In this document: piece by piece, positions 1 to 10,993 of the stretch
How positions within the stretch are numbered: position 1 is the stretch's first letter
How the letters are laid out: every line of letters begins with the position of its first letter
Source: Squalus acanthias
Taxonomy: Eukaryota
DNA: 64,000 nucleotides
Direction of reading: 5' to 3'
Assembly: GCA_030390025.1 (NCBI GenBank)
Contig: JASTWF010000361.1
Span: 248,001-312,000, forward strand
The notes under the pieces: generated by a model
Databases searched by the model: none
Seen by the model: only the letters and a program-made list of their open reading frames with translations
What the model was told of the DNA's origin: nothing
Translations under genes and position numbers: made by a program

Positions 1-2350
1 ACCCAGGTCTCGTTGCACTTCCCCTTCTCCCAATCTACTGCCATTCAGATAATAGTCTGCCTTTCTGTTTTTGACACCAAAGTGGATAACCTCGCACTTA
101 TCCACATTATATTGCATCTGCCACGCTTCTGCCCACTCACCCAACCTGTCCAGATCATCCTTGAGTTTTTCGGTATCCTCCTCGCAGCACACACAGCTTT
201 GTATCATCTGCAAACTTGGAGATATTACATTTAATTCCCTTATCTAGATCATTAATGTATATTGTGAATAGCTGGGGACAAGGACTGATCCCTGCGGTAC
301 CCCACTAGTCACTGCTTGCCACTCGGAAAAAGACCCATTTATTCCTACTCTCTGCTTTCTGTCCGCCAACCAGTTCTCCATCCAAGTCAATACCTTGCCC
401 CCAATCCCATGTGCCTTAACTTTACACGCTAACCTCTTATGCGGGACCTTATCAAAAGCCTTTTGAAAGTCCAAATATACCACATCTACTGGTTCTCCCT
501 TATCAGTTTTCCCAGTTACATCCTCAAAAAATTCCAGTAGATTAGTCAAGCACGATTTACATTTTGTAAATACATGTTGACTTTGTCCGATCATGTCACT
601 GTTTTTCAAATGCTCAGCTATTACATCCTTTATAATGGACTCTAGCATTTTCCCCAATACCGATGTCAGGCTTACCGGTCTGTAATTCCCCGCTTTCTCT
701 CTACCACCCTTTTTGAATAGTGGGGTAACATTAGCTACTCTCCAATCCATGGGTACAGTTCCAGATTCCATCGAATGTTGGAAGATGATCAGCAATGCAT
801 CTACTATTTCTAGGGCCACTTCCTTAAGTACCCTAGGATGTAGATTATCAGGCCCTGGGGATTTATCGGCCTTCAATACCGTCAATTTCCCTAACACCAT
901 TTCCCTGCAAATACTGATTTCTTTCAGTTCCTCCCTTTCATCAGACCGTATGTTCTCCAACATCTCTGGGAGGTTATTTGTGCCCTCCTTTGTGAAGACA
1001 GAACCAAAATATGCATTTAATTGGGCTGCCATTTCTTTGTTCCTCATTATAACTTCCCCCGCTTCTGACTGCATGGGACCTACACTTGATTTCACGAATC
1101 TTTTTCTCTTCACACATCAGTTTTTATATTCCCAGCAAGCTTACTTTCATATTCTATTTTCCCCTTCTTAATTAATCCCTTTGTCCTCATTTGTTGAATC
1201 CTAAACTGTTCCCAATCCTCAGGGCTACTGCTTTTTCTGGCCAATTTATATGCCCTCTCCTTGGATCTTATGCTATCCCTAATTTCCCTTGTTAGCCACG
1301 GTTGAGTCACCCTTTTTGTTTTATTCTTATGCCACACTGGGATGAACAAATTCTGTAGTTCATCCATGCAGTCTTTGAATGTTTGCCATTGCCTCTCCAC
1401 CATCAACCCCTTGAGTGACATTCCCCAATCAATCCTACCCAATTCGTGCCTCATACCATCGTAGTTTCCTTTATTTAAATTCAGGACCCTAGTCTCTGAT
1501 TCAACTACTTCACTCTCCATCCTAATGAAGAATTCTATCATATTATGATCACTCTGACCCAAGGGGCCTCGTACAACAAGATTGCTAATTAATCCTTTCT
1601 CGTTACATAATACCCAGTCTAAGATGGCCTGATCTCTGGTTGGTTCCTTGACATATTGTTCCAGAAAACCATCTCGTAAACATTCTAGGAATTCCTCCTC
1701 CACAGTATTTTTACTGATTTGGTTAGCCCAATCTATATGTAAATTAAAGTCACCCATGATGACTGCTGTGCCCTTACTGCATGCTTCTCTAATTTCCCTT
1801 TTAATGCCGTCCCCAACCTCCGTATTACTGTTTGGAGGTCTATATACCACTCCCACTAACGTTTTCTGCCCCTTGTTATTTCTCAGTTCTACCCATACAG
1901 ATTCCGCATCATCAGAGCTAATATCCTTCCTTTCAATTGTGTTAATACCCTCTTTAACCAGCAATGCTACCCAACCTCCCTTTCTTTTTTGCCTATCTTT
2001 CCTAAATATTGAATAACCCTGGATGTTGAGTCCCCAGCCTTGGCCACCCTGGAGCCATGTTTTGTAATCCCAATCAAATCGTATTCATTTACCTCTATTT
2101 GCGCAGCTAATTCATCCACCTTGTTCTGAATGCTCCTTGCATTAAGACACAAAGCCTTCAGGCTTTTTTTTTTAACGCTCTCAGACCTATATGAATTATT
2201 ATTTACTGTGACCATGTTTGATTTAAACCGTTGAGTTCTTTGCCTTCTACTTTTGTTTTTCTCCTTCCTGTCTTTAGCTTTTATCCTTGTTTCCCTTTCC
2301 TCTGTCTCCCTGCTCAGGTTCCCAACCCCCTGCCACTTTAGTTTAAACCC
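1..2350 (-). pseudogene. CR1 ORF2 (APE endonuclease + reverse transcriptase), frameshifted
   Basis: Split over ORFs 1967-2506 (LCLNARSIQNK), 1110-1964 (VVYRPP, GDFNLH, ILDWVL, SDHNMI) and 244-1113 (RT). Frameshifts or deletions near 2060, 1113, 278 and 195. FADD codons at ~201-215. Confidence 0.93.
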
Positions 2351-3002
2351 TCCCCAACAGCACGAGCAAACACTCCCCCTAGGACAGCGGTCCCGGCCCT
2401 GCCCAGGTGCAGACCGTCCCGTTTGTACTGGTCCCACCTCCCTCAGAACCGGTTCCAATGTCCAAGGAATTTGAATCCCTCCCCCTTGCACCATTCCTCT
2501 AGCCACGTATTCATTTGAAATATCCTCCTATTTCTACTCTGACTAGCACATGGCACTGGTAGCAATCCTGAGATTACTACCTTTGAGGTCCTCTTTTTTA
2601 ATTTACCTCCTAACTCCCTATATTCTGCTTTTAGGACCTCATCCCGTTTTTTACCTATATCTTTGATGCCTATGTGCACCACAACAACTGGCTGTTTGCC
2701 CTCCCCCTCCAAAATGTTCTGTAGCCGCTCCGAGACGTCCTTGACCCTTGCACCAGGGAGGCAACACACCATCCTGGAGTCTCGATTGCGGCCGCAGAAA
2801 CGCCTATCTATTCCCCTTACAATTGAATCCCCTATCACTATAGCTCTTCCACACTTTTTCCTCCAAGCCTGTGCAGCAGAGCCACCCATGGTGCCAGGAA
2901 GTTGGCTGCTGCCACCTTCCCCTGATAAGTCATTCCCCCAACAGCATCCAAAGTGGTATATCTGTTTGAGAGGGGGATGGCCACAGGGGACCCCTGCACT
3001 AC
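2338..3002 (-). pseudogene. CR1 ORF1 C-terminal part, SGNH esterase/hydrolase domain
   Basis: VIGDSIVR, PGARVKD, VHIGIKDI (degenerate GxND). Reading past the premature TGA at 2443-2445 gives GRWDQYKRDGLHL..EGLN, with a stop at 2338-2340. Frameshift near 2935. Confidence 0.9.
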
Positions 3003-3096
3003 ATAGAAGATACATAGAAGATAGGAGCAGGAGTAGGCCATTCGGCCCCTCGAGCCTGCTCCGCCATTCGATGAGATCATGGCTGATCATCTAAAC
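3000..3096 (-). other. CR1 3' UTR stem-loop and terminal microsatellite
   Basis: Minus strand reads GGAGCAGGCTCGAGGGGCCGAATGGCCTACTCCTGCTCC (GGAGCAGG/CCTGCTCC arms), followed by two TATCTTCTATG units. Confidence 0.85.
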
Positions 3097-4417
3097 TCAG
3101 TACCCTGTACCAGCCTTCTCCCCATATCCCTTGATACCTTTAGCTTTAAGAAATATATCTAACTCATCCTTGAATATATTTAATGACTTCGCCTCAACTA
3201 CCTTCTGTGGTAGAGAATTCCACAGGTTCACCACTCTCTGGGTGAAGAAATTCTTCCTCATTTCTGTCCTAAATGGTTTACCCGTTATCCGTAGATTATG
3301 ACCCCTGGTTCTGGACTCTCCGACCATCGGGAACATTCTTCCTGCATCTAGTTTGTCCAGACCTGTCAGAATTTTATATGTTTCGATGAGATCCCCTCTC
3401 ATTCTTCTATACTCCAGTGAGTATAAGCCCAACCGACCCAATCTCTCCTCATATGTCATTCCTGCCATCCCAGGTATCAGCCTTGTGAATCTTCGCTGAA
3501 CTCCTTCCATGGCAAGAACATCCTTCCTCAGATAAGGCGACCAAAACTGCACACAGTACTCAAGGTGTGGTCTCACCAAGGCCCTGTACAACTGCAGCAA
3601 GACATCCCTGTTCCTATACTCAAACCCTTTCGCTATGAAGGCCAACATACCATTTGCCTTCTTCACCGCCTGCTGCACCTGCATGCTTACTTTCAGCAAC
3701 TGGTGCACAAGGACACCCAGGTCTCATTGCACTTCCCCTTCTCCCAATCTATTGCCATTCAGATAATAGTCTGCCTTTCTGTTTTTGACACCAAAGTGGA
3801 TAACCTCGCACTTATCCACGTTATATTGCATCTGCCACGCTTCTGCCCACTCACCCAACCTGTCCAGATCATCCTGGAGTTTCTCGCTATCCTCCTCGCT
3901 GCACACACTCCCACCCAACTTTGTGTCATCTGCAAACTTGGAGATATTACATTTAATTCCCTTATCTAGATCATTAATGTATATTGTGAATAGCTGGGGT
4001 CCAAGGACCGATCCCTGCGGTACCCCACTAGTCACTGCTTGCCACTCGGAAAAAGACCCATTAATTCCTACTCTCTGCTTTCTGTCCGCCAACCAGTTCT
4101 CTATCCAAGTCAATACCTTGCCCCCAATCCCATGTGCCTTAACTTTACCCGCTAATCTCTTATGCGGGACCTTATCGAAAGCCTTTTGAAAGTCCAAATA
4201 CACCACATCTACTGGTTCTCCCTTATCTATTTTCCCAGTTACATCCTCAAAAAATTCCAGTAGATTAGTCAAGCACGATTTACCTTTTGTAAATCCATGT
4301 TGACTTTGTCCGATCCTGTCCCTGTTTTTCAAATGCTCAGCTATTACATCCTTTATAATGGACTCTAGCATTTTCCCCACTACCGATCTCAGGCTTACCG
4401 GTCTGTAATTCCCCGCT
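3003..4417 (-). mobile_element. 5'-truncated CR1 LINE nested in ORF1 of the host CR1, same orientation
   Basis: Begins at RT AGNYRPVSL and runs to the ORF2 stop (3097), a 3' UTR stem-loop and a (TATCTTCTATG)2 tail. CTAC is present at both junctions (2999-3002, 4416-4419). Bases 3715-4417 closely match 1-694. Confidence 0.93.
3097..4417 (-). pseudogene. RT and C-terminal domain of the nested CR1 ORF2, single in-frame stop
   Basis: ORFs 3724-4417 (LDFQKAFD, GVPQGSVLGP, FADD) and 3097-3708 (VRPHLEY, FFTQRVVNLWN) share one frame. They are separated by TGA at 3724-3726, where the host copy has CGA. Confidence 0.92.
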
Positions 4418-4703
4418 ACCTGCCTGCACCTCTTAATCTGTCTGGTGGTCACCCATTCACTTCCTGCCTGTACACCCTTTACCTGCGGTGTGACCAACTC
4501 ACTAAACGTGTTATCCACAACGTTCTCAGCGTCGCGAATGCTCCAATATGCATCCATCTGCAGCTCCACTCCGCAATGCGGTCCGTCAGCAGCTGCAGCT
4601 GGATACATTTCCCACACACATGGTCGTCAGGGACACAGGAAGTGTCCCTGATTTCCCACATATAGCAGGAGGAGCATATCACGGCGCCGAGCTCTGCTGC
4701 CAT
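4418..4703 (-). pseudogene. CR1 ORF1 N-terminal part (zinc finger / leucine zipper region)
   Basis: ATG at 4703, MAAELGAVICSSCYMW..HVCGKCIQLQLL. Frameshift near 4570, then ..EWVTTRQIKRCRQV, which continues as VQGSPVAIPLSNRY on the far side of the insertion (~3000). Confidence 0.88.
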
Positions 4704-4976
4704 GACTTACCCTTTAATTAATTAATTAAAATTAAACTAATTGAATCCCACCAATTTCACTTCAATTAAATGATATACTCAAGGGCCCTTGCTTAACAGC
4801 AGTCCCCGCTACACCACAGAGACTCTAGAAACTATAAACCACAGAATTTAAGTATGGAAAAAAGGAGAAAAAGAGAAATACTCACCAACAAATCACTTAC
4901 CTTCTTTCTGGTGATGTCACACTTTGATTATTTTTTACTTCTCTCTCCCGCTCTCGGGGCTCAGATTGGTCGCCTA

Positions 4977-5200
4977 CCTGGTTGCTGCCGCCTTTTCTCA
5001 GCTCTGCCTCACCGCAGCCGCTCCACCCAGGTCCGCCGCCTCTGTGGGCCTACCTGGTCGCTGCCGCCTCTTTTACAGCCACCGCCTCGCCGCAGCCGCT
5101 CCACCCAGGTCCGCCGCCTCTGTGTGTCAACCTGGTCGCCGCCGCCTCTTTTATCAGCTCTGCCTCGCTGCAGCCGCTCCACCCAGGTCCGCCGCCTCTG
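4977..5200 (-). repeat. Three ~76-78 bp GC/CpG-rich tandem monomers at the CR1 5' end (probable internal promoter region)
   Basis: Units start at ~4977, 5053 and 5131 and each contains gcagccgctccacccaggtccgccgcctctg. Confidence 0.85.
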
Positions 5201-5930
5201 AAGCCTGGGCTAGTAATCCAGAGGCCTTGGCTGATAATCCAGAAGCCTCGGCTGGTAATCCAGAGGCTGGGCTAGTAATCCAGAGGCTGGGCTCGTAATC
5301 CAGAGGGCTGGGCTAGTAATCCAGAGGACTGGACTAGTAATCCACAAGCCTGGGCGAGTAAACAAGAATATTGTTCTACTAATTCAGAATCCTGGGCTAG
5401 TAAAACAGAGGCTGGGCTAGTAATCCAGAGGCCTGGGCTAGTAATCCAGAAGTCTGTGCTAGTAATCCAGAGGCCTGGGCTAGTAATTCGGAAGTCTGGG
5501 CTAGTAATCCAGAGGCCTGGGCTAGTAATCCAGAGGTCTGGGCTAGTAATCCAGAGGCCTGGGCTAGTAATCCAGAGGTCTGGGCTAGTAATCCAGAGGC
5601 TGGGCTAGTAATCCAGTGGCCTGGGCTAGTAATCCAGAGGCTGAGCTATTAATCCAGAGGCTGGACTAGTAATGCAGTGGTCTGGGCTAGTAATTCATAG
5701 GCCTGGGCTAGTAATCCAGAGGCCAGGGCTTGTAATACAGAGGTCTGGGCTAGTAATCCAGAGGCTGGGCTTGTAATCCAGAGTCCTGGGCTAATAATCC
5801 AGAGGCCTTGGCTAGTAATCCTGAGGCTGGGTTTATAATCCAAAGGCTGGGCCAGTTATCCAGAGGCCTGGACTAGTAATCCAGAGGCTGAGGCTAGTAA
5901 TCCCGCGTCCTGGGCTAGTAATCCAGAGGC

Positions 5931-6560
5931 CACGATAGGGTTCCCCTTGTCTTCACCTTTCACCCCACCAGCCTCCACATTCAACGGATCATCCTCCGCC
6001 ATTTCCGCCACCTCCAGCGTGATCCCACCACCAAACACATCTTCCCCTCACCTCCCCTTTCAGCATTCCGTAGGGACTGCTCCCTCCGCGACACCCTAGT
6101 CCACTCCTCTACCACCCCCAGCACCCCTTCCCCTTCGCCCGGCACCTTCCCGTGCACGCGCAGGAGATGCAACACATGCCCTTATACCTCCCCTCTTCCC
6201 ACTGTCCAGGGCCCCAAACACCCCTTCCAGGTGAAACAGCGATTTACTTGTACTTCCTGCAATTTAGTATACTGTATTCGCTGCTCACGATGTGGACTCC
6301 TCTACATTGGGGAGACCAAACGCAGATTGGGTGACCGCTTTGCGGAACACCTCCGTTCAGTCCGTAAGGGGGACCCCGAGCTCCCGGTGGCCTGTCACTT
6401 TAATTCACCGCTTCACTCCCACTCTGACCTCACCGTCCTCGGCCTATTACACTGTTCCACGGAAGCTCAGCGTAAGCTCGAGGAACAGCACCTCATCTTT
6501 CGTTTAGGCACGCTACAGCCCTCTGGACTCAATATCGAGTTCAACAATTTTAGATCATAA
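5931..6560 (+). pseudogene. GIY-YIG endonuclease domain of the Penelope-like element, open but with no upstream ATG
   Basis: CTRRRCNTC..FTC linker, NLVYCIRCSRCGLLYIGETKRRLGDRFAEH, VACHF, RKLEEQHLI, GLN. In-frame TAA at 5919-5921 directly upstream. Confidence 0.88.
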
Positions 6561-6837
6561 CCTCAGCTCCAATCACATTTATATTTTATTTTATCCACCC
6601 TTTTATTTGTCCCCCCCCACCTTTTTTTTCCTCCTAGAAGCTGGCAGCTGTCCTTCATTCTGCCAGTGGTTTTCACACTTCATTCAGCCTTAATCTGTCA
6701 CATTAACACCACCTCTAGTCTTGCATATCTCTTAATGTCTCTTAATGTCTCTTCATCTCCCCCTTTGTTCCTTTATCCCCTCCCCCTTTTCCCAGCTTTA
6801 CCCTGGCCTTAAATCTATTTGATTTCCGGCTCTTCCC

Positions 6838-6874
6838 AGTTCTGATGAAAGGTCATCGACCTGAAACGTTAACT
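6838..6874 (+). ncRNA. Minimal type I hammerhead ribozyme motif (Penelope pLTR type), copy 1
   Basis: AGTT-CTGATGA-A-AGGTC atc GACCT-GAAA-CG-TT-AACT: core boxes, stem I AGTT/AACT, 5-bp stem II and loopless palindromic stem III ACGT. Confidence 0.82.
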
Positions 6875-7313
6875 CTCTTTCTCTCTCCACGGATGCTGCC
6901 TGGCCTGCTGAGTTTTTCCAGCATTTTCTGTTGTTATTTCGGATTTCCAGCATCCGCAGTATTTTGCTATAGTAATCCAGAGGCCTGGGTGAGTAATCCA
7001 GAGGCTGTGTTAGTAATCTAGAGGCTGGAGTAGTAATCCAGAGGCTGGACTAATAATCCAGAGGCCTGGGCTTGTAATCGAGAGGCTGGACTAGTAATCC
7101 AGTGGCCTGGGCTCGTAATCCAGAGGCCTGGGCTTGTAATCCAGAGGCTGGACTAATAATCCAGTGGCCTGGGCTAGTAATACAAAAGGCCTGGGCTAGT
7201 AATCCAGAGGCCTGGGCTGGTAATCCCGAGGCCTGGGCTAGTAATCGAGAGGCTGGACTAGTAATCCCGAGGCCTGGGCTAGTAATCCCGAGGCATGGGC
7301 TCGTAATCCAGAG

Positions 7314-7605
7314 AATCACAGAAGAATCACAGAATCCGCACAGTGCAGATAGAGGCCATTTCGGCCCATCGAGCCTGCACCGACACATATCCCACCCTAT
7401 CCCCGTAACCCCATGTATTTAATCCCCCTAACAGTAATGGTCAATTTTATCATAGCCAAATCAACCTAACCCGCACATCTTTGGACAATGGGAGGAAACC
7501 GGAGCACCCGGAGGAAACACACGCAGACACGGGGAGAATGTGCAAAGTCCACACAGACAGTAACCCGAGGCCGGATTCGAACCCGCGTCCCTGGCGCTGT
7601 GAGGC
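7314..7605 (-). mobile_element. HE1-like tRNA-derived V-SINE, 5'-truncated (variant A)
   Basis: Minus strand begins GCCTCACAGCGCCAGGGAC with B box GGTTCGAATCC, then V-domain-like GGGTGCTCCGGTTTCCTCCC, a CR1-like 3' stem-loop and a TTCTGTGA tail. A box is absent. Confidence 0.88.
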
Positions 7606-10600
7606 CTGGGCTAGTAATCCAGAGGCCTGGGCTAGTAATCCAGAGGCCTGGGCTTGTAATCCAGAGGCTGGGCTAGTAATCCAGAGGCCTGGGCTAGTAA
7701 TCCAGAGGCTGGGCTAGTAATTCAGAGGCCTGGGCTAGTCATCCAGAATCCTGGTCTAGTAATCCAGAGGCCTCGGCTAGTAAGCCTTGAGGCCTAGGCT
7801 AGTAATCCAGAGGCCTGGGCTAGTAATCCAGAAGCCTGGGCTAGTAATCCAGAGGCTGGGCTATTAATCCAGAGGCTGTGCTAGTAATCCAGGGTCTGGG
7901 CTAGTAATCCAGAGGCCTGGACTAGTAATCCAGAGGCTGGGCTTGTAATCCAGAGGCTGGGCTAGTAATCCAGAGTCCTGGACTAGTAATCCAGAAGATG
8001 GACTAGCAATCCAGATGCCTGGGCTAGTAATCCAGAGTCCTGGACTAGTAATCCAGAGGCTGGGCTATTAATCCAGAGGTCTGGACTAGTAATTCAGTGG
8101 ACTGGGCTAGTAATCCAGAGGCCTGGTCTAGTAATCCAGAGGCCTGGGCTAGTAATCCAGTGGCCTGGGCTAGTAATCCAGCGGACTGGGCTAGTAATCC
8201 AGCGGACTGGGGTAGTAATCCAGACGTCTGGGCTAGTAATCCAGAGGCCTGGGCTAGTAATCCAGTGGCCTGGGCTAGTAATCCAGCGGACTGGGCTAGT
8301 AATCCAGCGGACTGGGGTAGTAATCCAGACGTCTGGGCTGGTAACCCAGAGGCTGGGCTAGTAATCCAGAGGCTGGGCTAGTTATCCAGAGGTCTGGGCT
8401 AGTAATCCAGCGGACTGGGCTAGTAATCCAGCGGACTGGGGTAGTAATCCAGACGTCTGGGCTAGTAATCCAGAGGCCTGGGCTAGTAATTCAGAGGCTG
8501 GGCTAGTATTTCAGAGGTCTGGGCTAGTAATCCAGAGGCTGGGCTAGTAATCCAGAGCTCTGGGCTAGTAATGCAGAGGTCTGGGCTGGTAATCCAGAGG
8601 CTGGGCTAGTAATCCAGAGACCTGGGCTAGTAATCCAGTGGCCTGGGCTAGTAATCCAGAGGCCTTGGCTAGTAATCCAGAGCTCTGGGCTAGTAATGCA
8701 GAGGTCTGGGCTGGTAATCCAGAGGCTGGGCTAGTAATCCAGAGGCTGGGCTAGTAATCCAGAGACCTGGGCAAGTAATCCAGGGGACTGGGGTAGTAAA
8801 ACAGAGGCTGGGCTAGTAATCCAGAGGCCGGGTTGGTAATCCAGACGTCTGGGCTAGTAATCCAGAGGCTGGGCTAGTAATCCAGATGCCTGGGCTAGTA
8901 ATCCATAGGCCTGGGCTAGTAATCCGGTGGCCTTGGCTGGTAATCCAGAAGCCTCGGCTAGTAATCCAGAGGCTGGGCTTGTAATCCAGAGGCTGGGCTA
9001 GTAATCCAGAGTCCTGGACTAGTAATCCAGAAGATGGACTAGCAATCCAGATGCCTGGGCTAGTAATCCAGAGTCCTGGACTAGTAATCCAGAGGCTGGG
9101 CTAGTAATCCAGAGGCCTGGACTAGTATTCCAAAGGCCTGGGCTAGAAATCCAGAGGCTGGGCTAATAATCCAGAGGTCTGGACTAGTAATTCAGACGTC
9201 TGGGCTAGTAATCCAAAGGCCTGGTCTAGTAATCCAGAGGCCTGGGCTAGTAATCCAGTGGCCTGGGCTAGTAATCCAGAGCTCTGGGCTGGTAATGCAG
9301 AGGTCTGGGCTGGTAACCCAGAGGCTGGGCTAGTAATCCAGTGGCTGGGCTAGTTATCCAGAGGTCTGGGCTAGTAATCCAGCGGACTGGGCTAGTAATC
9401 CAGCGGACTGGGGTAGCAATCCAGACGTCTGGGCTAGTAATCCAGAGGCCTGGGCTAGTAATTCAGAGGCTGGGCTAGTAATCCAGAGGTCTGGGCTAGT
9501 AATCCAGAGGCTGGGCTATTAATCCAGAGTCCTGGGCTAGTAATCCAGTGGCCTGGGCTGGTAATCCAGAGGCCTGGGCTAGTAATCCAGAGCTCTGGGC
9601 TAGTAATGCAGAGGTCTGGGCTGGTAATCCAGAGGCTGGGCTGGTAATCCAGAGGCTGGGCTAGTAATCCAGAGACCTGGGCAAGTAATCCAGAGGACTG
9701 GGGTAGTAAAACAGAGGACTGGGGTAGTAATCCAGAGGCCGGGTTGGTAATCCAGACGTCTGGGCTAGTAATCTAGACGCTGGGCTAGTAATCCAGACGC
9801 CTGGGCTAGTAATCCATAGGCCTGGGCTAGTAATCCGGTGGCCTTGGCTGGTAATCCAGAAGCCTCGGCTAGTATTCCAGAGGCTGGGCTAGTAATCCAG
9901 AGGGCTGGGATAGTAATCCAGAGGCCTGGACTAGTAATCCAGAGGCCTGGACTAGTAATCCACAGGCCTCAGCGAGTAAACAAGAATAATGTTCTAGTAA
10001 TTTAGAATCCTGGGATAGTAAAACAGAGGCTGGGCTAGTAATTCAGAGGCTGGGCTAGTAATCCAGAGGTCTGGGCTAGTAATCCAGAGGCCTGGGCTAG
10101 TAATCCGGAGGCTGAGCTCGTAATCCAGAGGCCTGGGCTGGTAATCCTAAGGCTGAGCTAGTAATCCAGAGGCCTGGACTAGTAATCCAGTGGCCTGGGC
10201 TTGTAATCCAGAGGTTGAGCTAGTAATCCAGAGGCCTGGGCGAGTATTCCCGAGGCTGGATTAGTAATCCAGAGGCTGTGTTAGTAATCTAGAGGCTGGA
10301 CTAGTAATCCAGAAACATGGAATAGTAATCTAGAGACCTAGGCTAGTAATCCAGAGGCTGGATAGTAATCCAGAGGAATGGACTAGTAATCTAGAGTCCT
10401 TGGCTAGTAATCCAGAGGCCTGGACTAGTAATCCAGAAACCTGGACTAGTAATCCAGAGGCCTGGTCTAGTAAAACAGAGGCTGGGCTAGTAATCCAAAG
10501 GCTGGACTAGTAATCCAGAGGCCTGGGCTAGTAATCCAGAGACCTGGTCCAGTAATCCAGAGGCTGGACTAGTAATCCAGTGGCCTGGGCTAGTAATCTA

Positions 10601-10993
10601 GAGGCCTGGGCTAGTAAACCAGAGGCTGGACTAGTAATCCAGTGGCTGGACTAGTAATCCAGAGGCCTGGGCTAGTAATCCAGAGGCATGGGCTAGTAAT
10701 CCAGAGGCTGTGTTAGTAATCTAGAGGCTGGACTAGTAATCCAGAGGCTGGACTAATAATCCAGAGGCCTGGGATTGTAATCGAGAGGCTGGACTAGTAA
10801 TCCAGTGGCCTGGGCTCGTAATCCAGAGGCCTGGGCTAGTAATCCAGAGGCTGGACTAATAATCCAGGGGCCTGGGCTCATAATCCAGAGACCTGGGCTA
10901 GTAACCCTGACGCCTGGGCTAGTAATCCCGAGGCCTGGGCTCGTAATCCAGAGACTGGGCAAGTAATCCAGAGGCTGGGCTCGTAATCCAGAG

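Larger units (their letters stand above)
1..5200 (-). mobile_element. CR1-clade LINE, 5'-complete but decayed, continuing off the left edge and interrupted by a nested CR1 at 3003-4417
   Basis: Minus-strand order is GC-rich 5' UTR repeats, then ORF1 (CxxC..CxxC finger, SGNH esterase GDS..DGLH), then ORF2 (APE motifs NARS, GDFN, SDH; RT motifs NYRPVSL, LDFQKAFD, GVPQGS, FADD). Several frameshifts and stops. Confidence 0.95.
5930..6970 (+). mobile_element. 5'-truncated Penelope-like element (Neptune-type), copy 1
   Basis: Linker plus GIY-YIG frame ending at 6560, a pyrimidine-rich 3' region, a hammerhead motif and the terminus CAGCATCCGCAGTATTTTGCT. Confidence 0.9.

Noticed and set aside
3724..4617. 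Novel RT gene with an unusual N-terminus
   Set aside because: Product of the nested insertion junction, with an upstream frameshift and a premature stop.
13..4651. Plus-strand ORFs (13-234, 713-1171, 1648-2016, 2663-3094, 3565-3969, 3785-4189, 4445-4651)
   Set aside because: Antisense shadows of CR1 coding sequence with no recognisable domains.
5194..5225. Inverted match GCCTCTG/CAGAGGC at the CR1-satellite junction as evidence that the satellite derives from CR1
   Set aside because: Only 7 bp, with no further similarity to the monomer.
4854..5298. Low-complexity Ala/Pro/Arg-rich ORFs
   Set aside because: Translations of the GC-rich 77-bp repeats running into satellite.
7560..7605. tRNA gene suggested by GGTTCGAATCC
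   Set aside because: It is the B box of the SINE head; the A box and 5' half are missing, so no cloverleaf forms.
9983..9995. Steroid response element in AGAATAATGTTCT
   Set aside because: Half-site spacing is 1 rather than 3 bp, and the sequence is not kept in the other variants.
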